This document shows, in pieces, positions 27,902 to 38,453 of a stretch of 64,000 bases of DNA. The first letter of the stretch is position 1, and the number at the start of each line of letters is the position of its first letter. Position numbers and translations under genes: made by a program. Source of the DNA: an uncultured Thermoplasmata archaeon (GTDB lineage Archaea; Thermoplasmatota; Thermoplasmata; Lutacidiplasmatales; UBA184); contig CAWDQP010000010.1 in NCBI GenBank assembly GCA_963804505.1, positions 458,291 through 522,290 on the forward strand. Direction: 5' to 3'. The notes under the pieces were generated by a model, which was not told where the DNA came from, ran no database searches, and worked only from the letters and a program-made list of their open reading frames with translations.

Positions 27902-30525
27902 ATGCCCGACGCGAGCGTCGCCTCACCGCTTCTCGACCAGTACGAGAGCGTGAAGTCACGCTACCCGGGCCACCTGGTCCTGTTCCGCGTCGGCGATTTC
28001 TACGAAACGTTCGGGGACGACGCCAAGCTGCTCGCGCGCGAGCTGGACGTGGTCCTCACCGCCCGGGGGGCGGACGCCCACGGCGTCCGGATGCCCATGG
28101 CCGGCGTGCCGCACCACGCGGTCGAAACGTATCTGGGGCGCCTCGTCCGGAAAGGGTACAAGGTCGCTCTGTGCGACCAGGTCGAGGACGCCCGACAGGC
28201 GAAGGGTCTGGTCCGGCGCGACGTGACCCGCGTGGTGACGCCCGGCACGGTCGTGGAGGACCAGATCCTCGGCGGGTCGGACCACAGCTTCCTCGTCACG
28301 GCCGTCCTGCGGCGAAACGGGGCCGGCGCCTACTCGGCGGTGGACGTCTCGACCGGCGAATGGTTGCGGGGCGAGGCCGACGGGCCGGGGGCGGAAGGGC
28401 TGGTGTCGGCGCTCGCGCCGTTCCAGCCCCGCGAGATCCTCTGGGTCGAGGAGCGGGGCGACGCACCCGCGCTGGTCGGCGTGCTTCGTCGCGAATTCCC
28501 GGGCGCCCGGCTGGAAGGGGCCCCGTCGCCGCTTCTTGAGAGCGAGCTCCCGCCCGCCCTGCGCGCGGCCAGTGGGGTTCCCGAGCTCGTGTCGGAATCC
28601 GATCGACGGCTTGGGTCGTATCTTCGGGCCACGCAGCCTCGCCTGCTGCCGCATCTGGCCGTCGTCGAGCGCGGCGCCGCCGGACGGCGCCTCGTGCTGG
28701 ACTCGAAGACGCTGCGTCACCTCGAGATCAACCGACCGATGAATCCGGACGACACGGAGGGCACGACGCTGCTCGATGTCTGGGACGAGACGATGACGGC
28801 CCCCGGGCGGCGGACAATGTCGTTCTGGCTGACGAACCCTCTCGCGGACGTCGACCCGATTGTCGCCCGTCACGAAGCGGTCGCGAACCTTGTCGAACGC
28901 GGGGCCTCTCTCGAGGACCTTCGGGAGCGACTCAAGGGCGTGGCGGACCTCAGCCGGATCGCCACCCGGGTTGCCGGCCGAAGGGTCCGTCCCGAGGAGC
29001 TGGTCTCCTTGCGATCGAGCCTGCGGACCGTGAGCGCCGTGCGGGTCCGGCTGGAGACCGAGGGGCTCGGCGGACGGCTCGCGGAACTTCGGGACGAACT
29101 CACCGTGCCCCTCGAACTCGGGGCGCAGCTCGACGCTGCGCTGCCGGACGCCATCGCCCCCGGCGCGGAGCCGCAGGACCTGTTCCGGTCGGGTCACGCG
29201 CCCGACGTCGACCGCTGGAAGTCGGCGGAGGACGCGGCCCTCGCGGAGCTCTCGGCGCTCGAACGCCGCGAGCAGGAGGCGACCGGGATCAAGGGGCTCA
29301 AGGTCGGATACAACCAGGTGTTCGGCTACTACATCGAGGTCACACGACCCCATCTCGCCCGGGTCCCGCCGCATTTCCACCGCCGGCAGACGGTCGCCCA
29401 GGCGGAGCGTTTCATCACGGAGGAGCTCGAGGTCATCGAGCACAAGATCCTCGAGGCGCGCGAAGCGGCCCGGACCGCGGCCGAGTCCCGGTGGGAGGAG
29501 CTGCTCGGCCGGATCGATCCCCACGTGGTCGCGGTGCATCGCCTCGCCCGCGCCGTGGGGGAGGTCGACACGCTGGCGACGTTCGCGCACCTCGCGCAGA
29601 CCCGCGGCTACGTCCGGCCCCAGGTGGATGCGTCCGGAAGCCTCGTCGTGCGCGAGGGCCGGCATCCGGTGCTCGAGCGGTCCCTTGCCGAACGGTTCGT
29701 GCCGAACGATACCGACCTCGATACCGCGTCGGACCGTCTCCTCGTGCTCACCGGGCCGAACATGTCCGGCAAGTCGACGTACATGCGCCAGGTCGGACTG
29801 CTCGTGGTCCTGGCCCAGGCGGGGTCGTTCGTCCCGGCGCGGTTCGCCCGCGTCGGGTGCATCACCCAGCTGTTCACCCGGATGGGATTCACCGACGAGA
29901 TCGGACGAGGGAAGTCGAGCTTCATGGTGGAGATGAGCGAGGTCGCGGAGATCCTCCGGTCCGCCGACGAGCACTCGCTCGTCCTGCTGGACGAGGTGGG
30001 CCGGGGGACCAGCACGTTCGACGGCCTCGCGATCGCGTGGGCGACATTGCGCCACCTCCACGACACTGCCCAAGCCCGGACGATCGTCGCGACGCACTAC
30101 CATCAGCTCACCGACCTCGTGCGCGCCCTGAAGGCGGCGCGCAACGCCCATTTCGCGGTCCAGGACCGTCCGGACGGGATCGTCCTGTTGCACCGCCTCG
30201 TCCCGGGTTCCACGGACCGAAGCTACGGGGTCCACGTGGCCCGCCTTGCCGGCCTGCCGCCGTCGGTGCTCGCGGAGGCCGAGCGGTTGCTCCGCGAGCT
30301 GGAGGCGGGCGGGGTCGGCCTCTCGGTCCCGGCCCCGGCCGGGGCCGGCAGCGGACCCCGCGGTACACCCAGGCCGTCCTCCTCGGCGGAGGGTCGGAGG
30401 GGGAGGAACCGTTGGCCGACGAGCTCCGCCGGCTGGATCTCGATCGGCTCACCCCCGAGGAGGCGCTGGAGCGGCTTCGCACCCTCCGCCGCCGGGTCGA
30501 AGAATCGACCGACGGGGACCGATGA
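27902..30525 (+). CDS. mutS: DNA mismatch repair protein MutS (bacterial MutS1 type)
   Basis: ATG 27902 gives MPDASVASPLLDQYESVKSRYPGHLVLFRVGDFYETFGDDA (mismatch-binding domain). Further on it has LTGPNMSGKSTYMRQV (Walker A) and LVLLDEVGRGTSTFDG. The C-terminus ...YTQAVLLGGG...LTPEEALERLRTLRRRV...* lies in the frame of ORF 29491..30525, with a shift near 30362. ORF 27719.. starts inside tRNA-Ser and is not the real start. Confidence 0.9.
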
Positions 30526-32291
30526 GCGACGAACGCCCGCCCTCGCGCCCGATACGCCGTCTCCTTCCCTCGACCATCGAGCGGATCGCCGCGGGCGAGG
30601 TGGTCGAACGACCGGCCTCGGTCGTGAAGGAGCTCGTGGAGAACGCGGTCGACGCCGGCGCCGCGAACGTGTCGGTGCGCGTCGAGGAAGGCGGGACCGC
30701 GCGCATCGAGGTCGCGGACGACGGTCAGGGGATCGCCCCCGACGAGCTCGAGCTCGCCGTCGAGCGCCATGCGACCAGCAAACTGTCCCCCGAGGGCCCG
30801 ATCGAGCGGATCGACTCGCTCGGGTTCCGGGGCGAGGCGCTCGCCGCGATCGGCGCCGTTTCCCGGCTGCGCCTCCTCTCCCGAACCCCCGGCCGCGAAG
30901 CGGCCGAAGGGATCTCGGTCGTCGGGGGCGCGGTCGCCGGCCGGTTCGTCGCCTCGCGCGCGCACGGAACGACCGTCGAAGTGGAGGATTTGTTCTTCAA
31001 CACCCCGGCCCGACGCAAGTTCCAACGGAGTCCCGCGAGCGAGCAGGTGGAGGTGGTGCGGGTCGTCGAGCGGCTGTACCTTGCTCGCCCCTCGGTCGGG
31101 ATGCGGGTGGAGAGCGAGGGCCGGGAGATCGCGGTCTATCCCCCGACCACCGCGCTCCGCGACGCCGCGGCCCGCGTGCTGGGCCCGAACTTCCTGAGCG
31201 CCTCGTTCCCCGTGCGGGGGGAGGTTCCGGGCGGTCGGCTGTACGGGTTCTGTGGCCTCCCACCGCTGGCCGCATCGAACCCGAGTTCGCTCTACCTCGC
31301 CGTGAACGGTCGACCGATCGCGTCGCGCCCGCTGGCCCAAGCGGTCCGCGTCGCGTTCCGGGACGCGCTTCCCCGGACCCGGTATCCGGTCGGCGTTCTC
31401 CACCTGGAGATGGACGCCGACGCGCTCGACGTGAACGTGCACCCCACGAAGTGCGAGGTGCGGTTCGCCCGCGAGCGCGACCTCGCGGAGTCGATCCTCC
31501 GACTCGTTCGGGAGGCCCTGCTCGCCGCCCCCGCCGTGGCCGACGTCGCGACACCCCTTCGCGCCGGTGGTCCCGCGTCCGCTCGAGAGCCCCCTCGACC
31601 GCCGTTCGAGTCGGCCCGATACCTGGGGAACCCCTCCCCGCCACTCGCGCAACGCACCTTGGAGGGGTCCCTGCCGGAAGGTCCGAGAGCGGTCGTGGAG
31701 GAGAGCGCGAACCGTCCGCGGCTCGAGCTGCTCGGGTCCTTCGCTGCCCTGTACTGGGTCGCGGCGGCCGAGGACGGGCTCGTGGTCATCGACCAGCACG
31801 CCGTGAGCGAACGCCTGCTCTTCGAGTCCTTGCGGCGCGACCGGGCCCTCGGCCGGCAGATCCTCGTCGACCCCGTGCCCCTCACCCTCTCGGGAGGTCA
31901 GCGGGCCGCGCTCGCCGCGCACGCGGACACGATCCGCGCCGCGGGCTTCGAGGTAGAGCCGTTCGGCCCCGACCGGTTCCGGGTCGGCTCCGTCCCCTCG
32001 TTCCGCGGCCGCCGCGCGCGCGCCGAGGGAGTTCGCGAGCTGCTGGACGAGCTGGCCGCGGGCGCCCGCCCGACGCTGCCGGATGACCTTGCCGACCGGA
32101 CGGCCGCGACCATCGCGTGCCATGCGGCGGTCCGCGCAGGCGACGCGGTCACCCGGGAGGAGATCTCGGACCTCCTCCGCGCGCTGGACACGTTGCCCGA
32201 GCGGCCCAAGACCTGCCCGCACGGCCGACCGATCTTCGTCCGCATCGCCCGCTCGCAGCTCGACCGTTGGTTCCTTCGGACCGGACCGTGA
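30522..32291 (+). CDS. mutL: DNA mismatch repair protein MutL, with endonuclease motif
   Basis: The ATG overlaps the mutS stop (ATGA). The GHKL ATPase part reads IAAGEVVERPASVVKELVENAVDAGA...DDGQGI...GFRGEAL...VNVHPTKCEVRF. The C-terminal part has DQHAVSERLLFE (DQHAxxExxxxE, 31791..31826) and CPHGRP. The gene is intact over 1.77 kb. Confidence 0.9.
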   Translation: MSDERPPSRPIRRLLPSTIERIAAGEVVERPASVVKELVENAVDAGAANVSVRVEEGGTARIEVADDGQGIAPDELELAVERHATSKLSPEGPIERIDSLGFRGEALAAIGAVSRLRLLSRTPGREAAEGISVVGGAVAGRFVASRAHGTTVEVEDLFFNTPARRKFQRSPASEQVEVVRVVERLYLARPSVGMRVESEGREIAVYPPTTALRDAAARVLGPNFLSASFPVRGEVPGGRLYGFCGLPPLAASNPSSLYLAVNGRPIASRPLAQAVRVAFRDALPRTRYPVGVLHLEMDADALDVNVHPTKCEVRFARERDLAESILRLVREALLAAPAVADVATPLRAGGPASAREPPRPPFESARYLGNPSPPLAQRTLEGSLPEGPRAVVEESANRPRLELLGSFAALYWVAAAEDGLVVIDQHAVSERLLFESLRRDRALGRQILVDPVPLTLSGGQRAALAAHADTIRAAGFEVEPFGPDRFRVGSVPSFRGRRARAEGVRELLDELAAGARPTLPDDLADRTAATIACHAAVRAGDAVTREEISDLLRALDTLPERPKTCPHGRPIFVRIARSQLDRWFLRTGP

Positions 32292-32847
32292 CGCCAACGG
32301 CGGGCGTTCGCCCTCCCCGTCCGTCCGAACGGTCGATCGTCGAGGTCGCGGCCGCCTACCTCCAGGCCCAAGGGTACCGGACCTACCGCGACGTGGACGG
32401 GACCGACTACTTCGACCTGGTCGCCCAGCGGGCGACGAGGTCGGGCTGATCGAAGGGAAGGTCTCGGACAGTCGGGGGGTTCTCGTGCAGGCACTGCGGC
32501 GGCGGGCGTGGGGAAACTGGGTCGCGGTCGTCCTCGGGTCCCACCGGTCTGCCGAACGGCTGGCCGAAAGGACTGCCGCGGGCCGCGCGGCTCCCGTGGG
32601 CGTCTGGTCGGTCAAGGACGGGCGGCTCTCCGTGGTCCGCGCCGCGGCCCCCTGGACCGGTCGCGAAGGACCCGATCCGTTCCTCGAACTGAAGCTCCGC
32701 TTCCGCCGCATCCTCGACTCGGTCGACCGGGGGGAGATGCCCGCGAACGTCCGGTGGAGCGACGTGAACCGGGAGGTCCGCCGGGCCGCGGGAGGGCGTG
32801 GGTTCTCCGAGTGGCGGTTGGACGAGGGCGGAACCGGCCCGGGCTAG
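32288..32847 (+). CDS. PD-(D/E)xK nuclease-fold protein (YraN/Hjc-like core), function unknown
   Basis: The GTG overlaps the mutL stop (GTGA). It reads ...ERSIVEVAAAYLQAQGYRTYRDVDGTDYFDLVAQ(R)GDEVGLIEGKVSD..., giving the E...D...E-x-K arrangement. One frame break near 32437 joins the frames of ORF 32117..32449 and ORF 32083..32847. Confidence 0.5.
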
Positions 32848-33995
32848 GGCCCGGGAGCACGCCCGCCCGCTCGAGCTCGGCGATCACCCGCGCCGGTTCG
32901 AACCGCGCGGCGTACTCGCGGCCCCGGTTCGCGAGCTCGCGCCGCTGGGCCGGGTCGGCCATCAGCTCCGCGACCGCGGAGGCGAGATCGCCGGGGTCGT
33001 CGTTCGCGAGGGTCCGGACGGCGGGGCCGGGGTCGAGGGGGAACCGGACGGTCGGCAGCGTGACGACCGCGACGCCCTGTCGCAGGGCCAGGACGGCCCC
33101 CGGGTCGAACCCGGCGACGCGGGGCGCGAAGACGGCCAGGTCGGCGGCCGCGAGGGCGGCGAGGAAGGACTCGGCGTCGCGACGTGGCGAGGAGACGACG
33201 CCCGGGGTGACGGGAACGGTCGACCCCGCGACGACCAAGCGGGCGCCGGGGAAGAACGGTCGAACGCGGACGAAAGCCTCCCGGACCCGGTCGGCGCCGG
33301 ACGGTCCTACCGCCTCGGAAGAGCAGAGTGCGGCGACCACGGGAACGTCGGTGGGGAGCCCGAGCGCGCCGCGGGCCTTCGCGCGCGGCGGCGGGACCGG
33401 CCCGTGGGCCACCGCCCGGGCGACCGCGATCATACGCCCCTTCGGAACGGCGTACTCCCGGGCGAGCGTCGCGCCGACCTCGGGGTCGTCGTAGAGCAAT
33501 CGATCGGCCTCTCCGATCGCCGCCTTTTCGAGACGTCGGATCGTTCGCCCCTCACGCCACGAATCAAGGCGTGTGGCCACGCCGCGAAGGCCAGTGGCCG
33601 AGCGACCGCGGCCGAGCTCGCTGATCCCGAGCGACCGGACGAAACCCACGACCCGCGGACGGGCGGAGCCCCGGTGGGAGTCGAGCAGACCGAGCCCGAC
33701 GGGGTCCCGCACTACGGACTCCGCCTCCGGTCGTAGGTGCGCGCCGGCTTCGTGCGCGAAATCGGCCGGGTCGGTCGCGGAACCGGGTCGCCGGAGGCGC
33801 ACTTCGACCGGTACCGCCGTCACGCCTGCCGGCGGCGGGGGATGCGGCGCCTTCGGGGCCGAAGCGTACACGACCCGCACCGAGCGGCCGCCCGTCGCCA
33901 GCCCCTCGGCGAGCGCCCACGCGGGGGCGCCCGGCTCGGTACGGGTCGACCGGGGGAGGCCCGCCCGCTACGATGTCGATTGCGTGGGGGGCCAT
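32844..33995 (-). CDS. Family 4 (GT-B, group 1) glycosyltransferase
   Basis: ATG 33995 gives MAPHAIDIVAGGPPP... After a shift near 33940 it continues ...GAPAWALAEGLATGGRSVRVVYAS (ORF 32612..33880). The C-terminal half reads ARLVVAGS...AADLAVFAPRVAGFDPGAVLALRQGVAVV. The in-frame stop is missing; TAG 32844 is reached if one base is added in the CCCGGGCCC run. Confidence 0.65.
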
Positions 33996-34047
33996 CGGGA
34001 CGGTTCCCGACCGGGGCTCTCCGTAAGAGCGTTCTGCTCGAGTTCCG

Positions 34048-35542
34048 TCAGGCGGAGGCCGAGAGCTCGGGGCCGAACGAGTATCCCGTTCCGCCCGGAA
34101 CGCCCATCCCGTCCAGTATGGTCGGGCCGACGTCCAGGAGGTTCAGCCGGGCGGGTCGGGCCCCGGGTCGGATCCCGTCGCCGGCGGCGATCAGGATCCC
34201 GTCCATCCGGTGGCAGCCGGTCCCGTAGAAGAACTCCGGCCGGTCGCGGATCAGCGGCTCGTGGTAGCTCAGGTCCATGCGCGGCTCGGTGGTCATCCCG
34301 TCGACCCGGATGAGCAGCGACGGCGCCCGGGCGAGGTTCCGGCCGCGGTAGATCTCCTCGGGCTGGAACACCTCGATCCGGGCCTCGCCGTACGACTCGA
34401 GACGTCGGCGGAGGTCCCGAAGCACCTCGGTGCGCCGCTCGGGGGTGAGATCGGGGTTGAACGGGTTCAGGTAGATCCCTTCGGGCACGGGGTAGGAGTA
34501 GGCTACGGTGCGGCGCCAGTCGACGCGGCCTGCCATCTCCTCGAAGGAAGCGCCACCGCCTAGCAGGGCGGCGAGTTCGGTGAAGTGGCCGTCGCGCAAC
34601 AGGTCGGCCAGCCGGCGCGTGACCCGACGGCCCATCGGAAGCCGCTGCGAGGCCATGATGAGACGGGAGACGAGCTTCCGCCGGTCCGCCTCGCTCGGCT
34701 TGTGGAAGACGAGGAGCTTCTCGCGGGCGAGCCAGCGGTTGGTAAGGAAGTCCGACCGGACCGCGCCGTGCCCGTGGTCGGAGATCACCAGGGTGACCGC
34801 CGCGCCGCCCCCCGAGCGGAACGCCGTGTCGACCTCCTGGCAGGCCCGGTCCACGGCCCGCCAGAACGCAAGGAGGTCGGCGGGGATGGAGCGCACCGGC
34901 TGGCCGAGCTCGGCCCAGTGCTGGTGCTCGATCCGGTCGGTCTCTCGGAAGAGCGCGAACAGGAAATCCGGTCGGTGGCGCTCGGCGAGGGCGGCCGCCG
35001 CCTTCGCCCGCTGGACGACCGCCTCGGTCGCCTGGGCGATCCATGCGTCCCGGTCCGAGGCGTGGAACGTGGGCAGCTCGCCCGGATACCGGCCGCCGAT
35101 CGCCGTCTCAATCTCCTCGCGGAGGCCGACCGGGTAGGTCGTGGGCTGTTCCGAGAGCATCCCCGGCAGCACGAACCCGTGGAGCGGGTAGGCGTTGGCG
35201 ATCGGGAAGTTCAGGACCCCGACCTTCTTCCCGATCCGCGAGAGCCGGTCCCAGAACGCCTCCTGCGGACGGAACGATTGGACGAGGTTCGAACGCCCGG
35301 GCCGGTCGCCGGGTTCGGTGAAGCCGAACACCCCGAGCTCGCCCGGGTCCTTGCCCGTGGCGAAGGAGTACCACGCGGGGATCGTCTTCGCCGGATAGAC
35401 GGAACGGAGGGGGGCGCGCGCGCCCCGCTGGACCAACGACTTGAGGAACGGGAGCTCCCCCGCCTCCATCAGCGGGTCAAGGAGGTCGAACGTTCCCCCG
35501 TCTAGCCCTGAGTACCAGGTACCGACGCGAGGACTTTACCAT
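34048..35542 (-). CDS. Alkaline-phosphatase superfamily enzyme (nucleotide pyrophosphatase/phosphodiesterase-like)
   Basis: ATG 35542 gives MVKSSRRYLVL. A shift near 35510 leads to GLDGGTFDLLDPLMEAGELPFL..., then YPAKTIPAWYSFATGKDPGELGVFGF and VTLVISDHGHG. Confidence 0.7.
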
Positions 35543-35630
35543 CGTAGACACCCGGGTCGGGTCAGGGTCAACCAGCCGCCCGGGCCTATTTAGAGTACCG
35601 TCCATGCGTTGCGGCCGCGGCCGCCGAGCG

Positions 35631-37534
35631 TCACAGGACGCGGATCGATTCGAGGTTGTACGGGAGGCGGGATTCGAGGCCGAACCGCTTGTGGAGGCTC
35701 GAGCAGAGGTCCAGTGCCTTCGACTCCTCGCCGTGGTTCAGGATGACGCGCTGCGGACGGGGGTCGAGGGAGGCGACGTAGTTCATCAGCTGGGTCCGGT
35801 CGGAGTGGCCCGAGAACCCCTCGATGGTGGCGATGTCGATCTTCACCGCCACGGACGCTTGCCGAGGCCCGTCGAGGAACGTCGCCTCGTTCAGCCCCCG
35901 CTGAAGGCGACGACCGAACGTTCCGTCCGCCTGGTACCCGACGAACAGCAATCCGTTCTTTTCGTCGGAGGCCCACGACCGGAAGTACTCCATCACCGGT
36001 CCGCCGCTCATCATCCCGGACGTCGCGAGGACGATGCACGGCTCCTTTGAGTCGACGATCCCCATGCGCATCTGGGACGAATCGACGCGGCGGAAGATGT
36101 CGGAAAGGAACGGGTTGTCCCCCTGCTGGAAGATCTGGGTGCGGAGCATGCTGTTCAGGAACTCGGGGTAGGCGGTGTGGATCGCGGTCGCCTCGAAGAT
36201 CATCCCGTCCAGATAGACCGGGACCTTCGGAATCTTCCCCTCCCGCATCTTCTCCTCGAGCACGAGCATGACCTCCTGGGACCGGCCGACGGCGAACACC
36301 GGGACGATCAGCTTCCCGCCCCGCCCGACGACCCGCGTGGCGAGGGCGCTGAACTCCTCCGTCGCCTGCTGCCGGCTCGGTTGGACGTCGCGGTAGCCTC
36401 CGTACGTCGACTCGAGGACGAGGGTCTCGAGCCGGGGAACCGGTTCGTCGCCGGGTTGAACAGCCAGCTCCGCTCGAACTTGATGTCGCCCGAATAGGCG
36501 AGGTTGTGGTCCCCCTCGCCCAGATGGAAGTGGCAGATCGAGGACCCGAGGATGTGGCCGGCGTTGTGCATCGTCAGCCGGATGTCCGGCGCGATGTCCG
36601 TCGTCTCGCCCCACCGGAGCGGGATCGTTCGCGTGACGAGGTCGCGCACGTGGGACGAATCGTAGAGCCCCTTCCGGGCCTCCTGGTTGACGACCTTGAT
36701 GGCGTCGAGGAGCATGAGCGTCATGAGGTCCCGCGTCGGGGCGGTGCAGTAGATCGGGCCCTTGTACCCGTACTTGAGCAGCACCGGGATGAGCCCGCAA
36801 TGGTCGAGGTGGGCGTGCGTCACGACCACCGCGTCCAGCGAGTCGAGCGGGAGCAGCTCGGGGGCGTTGAAGAACGGCGTGCGGTCCGACCCGGGATCGA
36901 TCCCGCAGTCGATCAGGACCTTCGAGTTCTGGGTGCTGAGGAGGTGCGCGCTCCGGCCGACCTCGCGGTAGCCGCCGAGGGCGGTCGACCGCGCCCAGAG
37001 CTTCTCCGGGAGCGGGTCGCGCGCGATCCGGATGCCGACCTTCTTGAGGAAGGAGCGGCGGTCGTCGAACGAGTTCCGCAGGTGGATCCGAACCTCCTCC
37101 ACGGTCTTCGAGGGGATCGGCGGCGTCCGGACGACAGTCGGGACCCAGCCGATGCGTCGCTTGAGGTCGTTCAGCACCGAGCCGCCCCGGCCGATCGCCG
37201 CCCCGGGGTTCGCGGCCTCGATGGCGACCTCGCCGGTCTCGGGCTCGAAGAACAGCTGGCTCAGCTCGGCCTCGGGAGGGAGGATCTCCCGGATGATCTT
37301 CTCGGCCTCCTTGGGGTCGATGAGCGACGCGGGGTCCGAGCGGACCAGCACGCGCCGGTGGAGCCGCTGCGCGATCTGGCGCAGGAGGTCGCCGCTCGAG
37401 AGAAAGGCGTCCAGCTGCTTCGTGTAGAGGACGATGTGCGGGCCTTCCAGCTCGATGTCCGTGACTTCGATGGTTTCCGGAAGGACCTCCTTGAGGGCTT
37501 CCCGGGTTTGCTCTAGGAGCGAGTCGAAACTCAT
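35631..37534 (-). CDS. aCPSF1: KH-domain beta-CASP/metallo-beta-lactamase ribonuclease
   Basis: MSFDSLLEQTREALKEVLP... (KH domains, GRGGSVLNDLK). It also has VVVTHAHLDHCG (HxHxDH), HNAGHILGS and, near the C-terminus, GFSGHSD...LNHGE. One frame break in a G4 run near 36435 joins ORF 36308..37534 to ORF 35631..37577. Confidence 0.9.
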
Positions 37535-37587
37535 TCACCGAGGAAAGGGTTGCGGGAAAAGGTTCGGCGGGGCCCACCGCCCGCGGT

Positions 37588-38262
37588 CTACGGGAGGGGC
37601 GCCGGTATCGGTATCTTGAGCGCCTTCAGGCGTTTATTGATTTCGTCGTCGCTGAGCTCGCGGTATTCCTTCGGCGTGATGACGTGGACGATGTATCCGT
37701 CCCCGCTCGCGCTGTCCCGCTTCATCGCCGCGGTGAGGCCACGAAGCGCCAGGTCGATGGCGTCCGAGCTCGGGAGGTCCCGCGAGTAGCCGTCCTCGAC
37801 GAGGCCGTAGGCGAACGGCGAGCCGGAGCCGACCGAGACGAACTTGTCCTCGATGCATCCGCCGGCCGGGTCGACCGAGAAGACGTGGCCGCCCTTTGCG
37901 TCGGTCCCGCCGACGATCAGCCAGGCGTAGTACGGGTAGTATCGATTGCCGCTCAGGATGTTGGCGAGCAGGGTCGCGGCGCCCTCCGCGCTCAGCGGGG
38001 CGCTCCGCCGCAGCCGGTAGAGCGAGACCTCCGCCTTGAGGTAGCGCGCGAGCACCTGGGCGTCCCCGACGAGGCCCGCGATCGTGATCCCGATGTTCTG
38101 GTCGATCTTGAACAACTTCTGCGCGGTCTTGTTCGAGATCATCGTTCCCGAGGTCACGCGGCGCTCGGTGGCCAGGACGACCCCGTCCTTCGTGACCATC
38201 CCGATCGTGGTCGTGCCCTTCATGAAGCGATCCTCGTCGATCGCGGCGAGTGGACCCTGCAT
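37588..38262 (-). CDS. psmB: Proteasome subunit beta
   Basis: An intact 224-aa ORF. A propeptide is followed by GTTTIGMVTKDGVVLATERR (active-site Thr) and ...VSVGSGSPFAYG. A GGAGGT Shine-Dalgarno-like sequence lies upstream. Confidence 0.9.
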   Translation of the reverse strand: MQGPLAAIDEDRFMKGTTTIGMVTKDGVVLATERRVTSGTMISNKTAQKLFKIDQNIGITIAGLVGDAQVLARYLKAEVSLYRLRRSAPLSAEGAATLLANILSGNRYYPYYAWLIVGGTDAKGGHVFSVDPAGGCIEDKFVSVGSGSPFAYGLVEDGYSRDLPSSDAIDLALRGLTAAMKRDSASGDGYIVHVITPKEYRELSDDEINKRLKALKIPIPAPLP

Positions 38263-38311
38263 CGTTCGACCTCCGTCCCCCCAGGAACGGCGGGCAACCG
38301 ACCCGGGCTCG

Positions 38312-38320
38312 CTATATAAG
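38312..38320. promoter_or_regulatory. TATA-like box in the psmB / sdhA divergent region
   Basis: CTATATAAG lies about 50 nt upstream of psmB ATG 38262, which has its own GGAGGT. A second AT island, GATTAATG at about 38417, lies about 33 nt upstream of sdhA ATG 38454. Confidence 0.45.
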
Positions 38321-38453
38321 GGCTCACGGAGCGATTACTCGCGCATCACCGAGGAACCTCGCGGGACCACGTGGCGCCAGGTCCGGAACCTCGGCGGGGC
38401 CATCGTGCGCGACACCGATTAATGCCCGACCTTGCTCGGGGCGCCGTCGCATT

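Noticed and set aside
27719-32086. A 1455-aa ORF that looks like a giant MutS-MutL fusion.
   Set aside because: It begins inside tRNA-Ser. After the frame break near 30362 it is an out-of-frame Arg/Pro-rich read-through. The real mutS C-terminus and mutL lie in other frames, with an ATGA overlap at 30522.
27956-32711. ORFs of 759 aa and 867 aa on the minus strand (27956..30235 and 30108..32711), opposite mutS and mutL.
   Set aside because: The reasoning is the same: low-complexity Arg/Pro/Gly-rich translations antisense to conserved genes.
27460-32850. A genomic island or integrated element inserted at the tRNA-Gly/tRNA-Ser pair and carrying mutS-mutL.
   Set aside because: There is no integrase, transposase or plasmid/virus gene. 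By eye I found no direct repeat of a tRNA 3' end downstream. The composition is the same as the flanking DNA.
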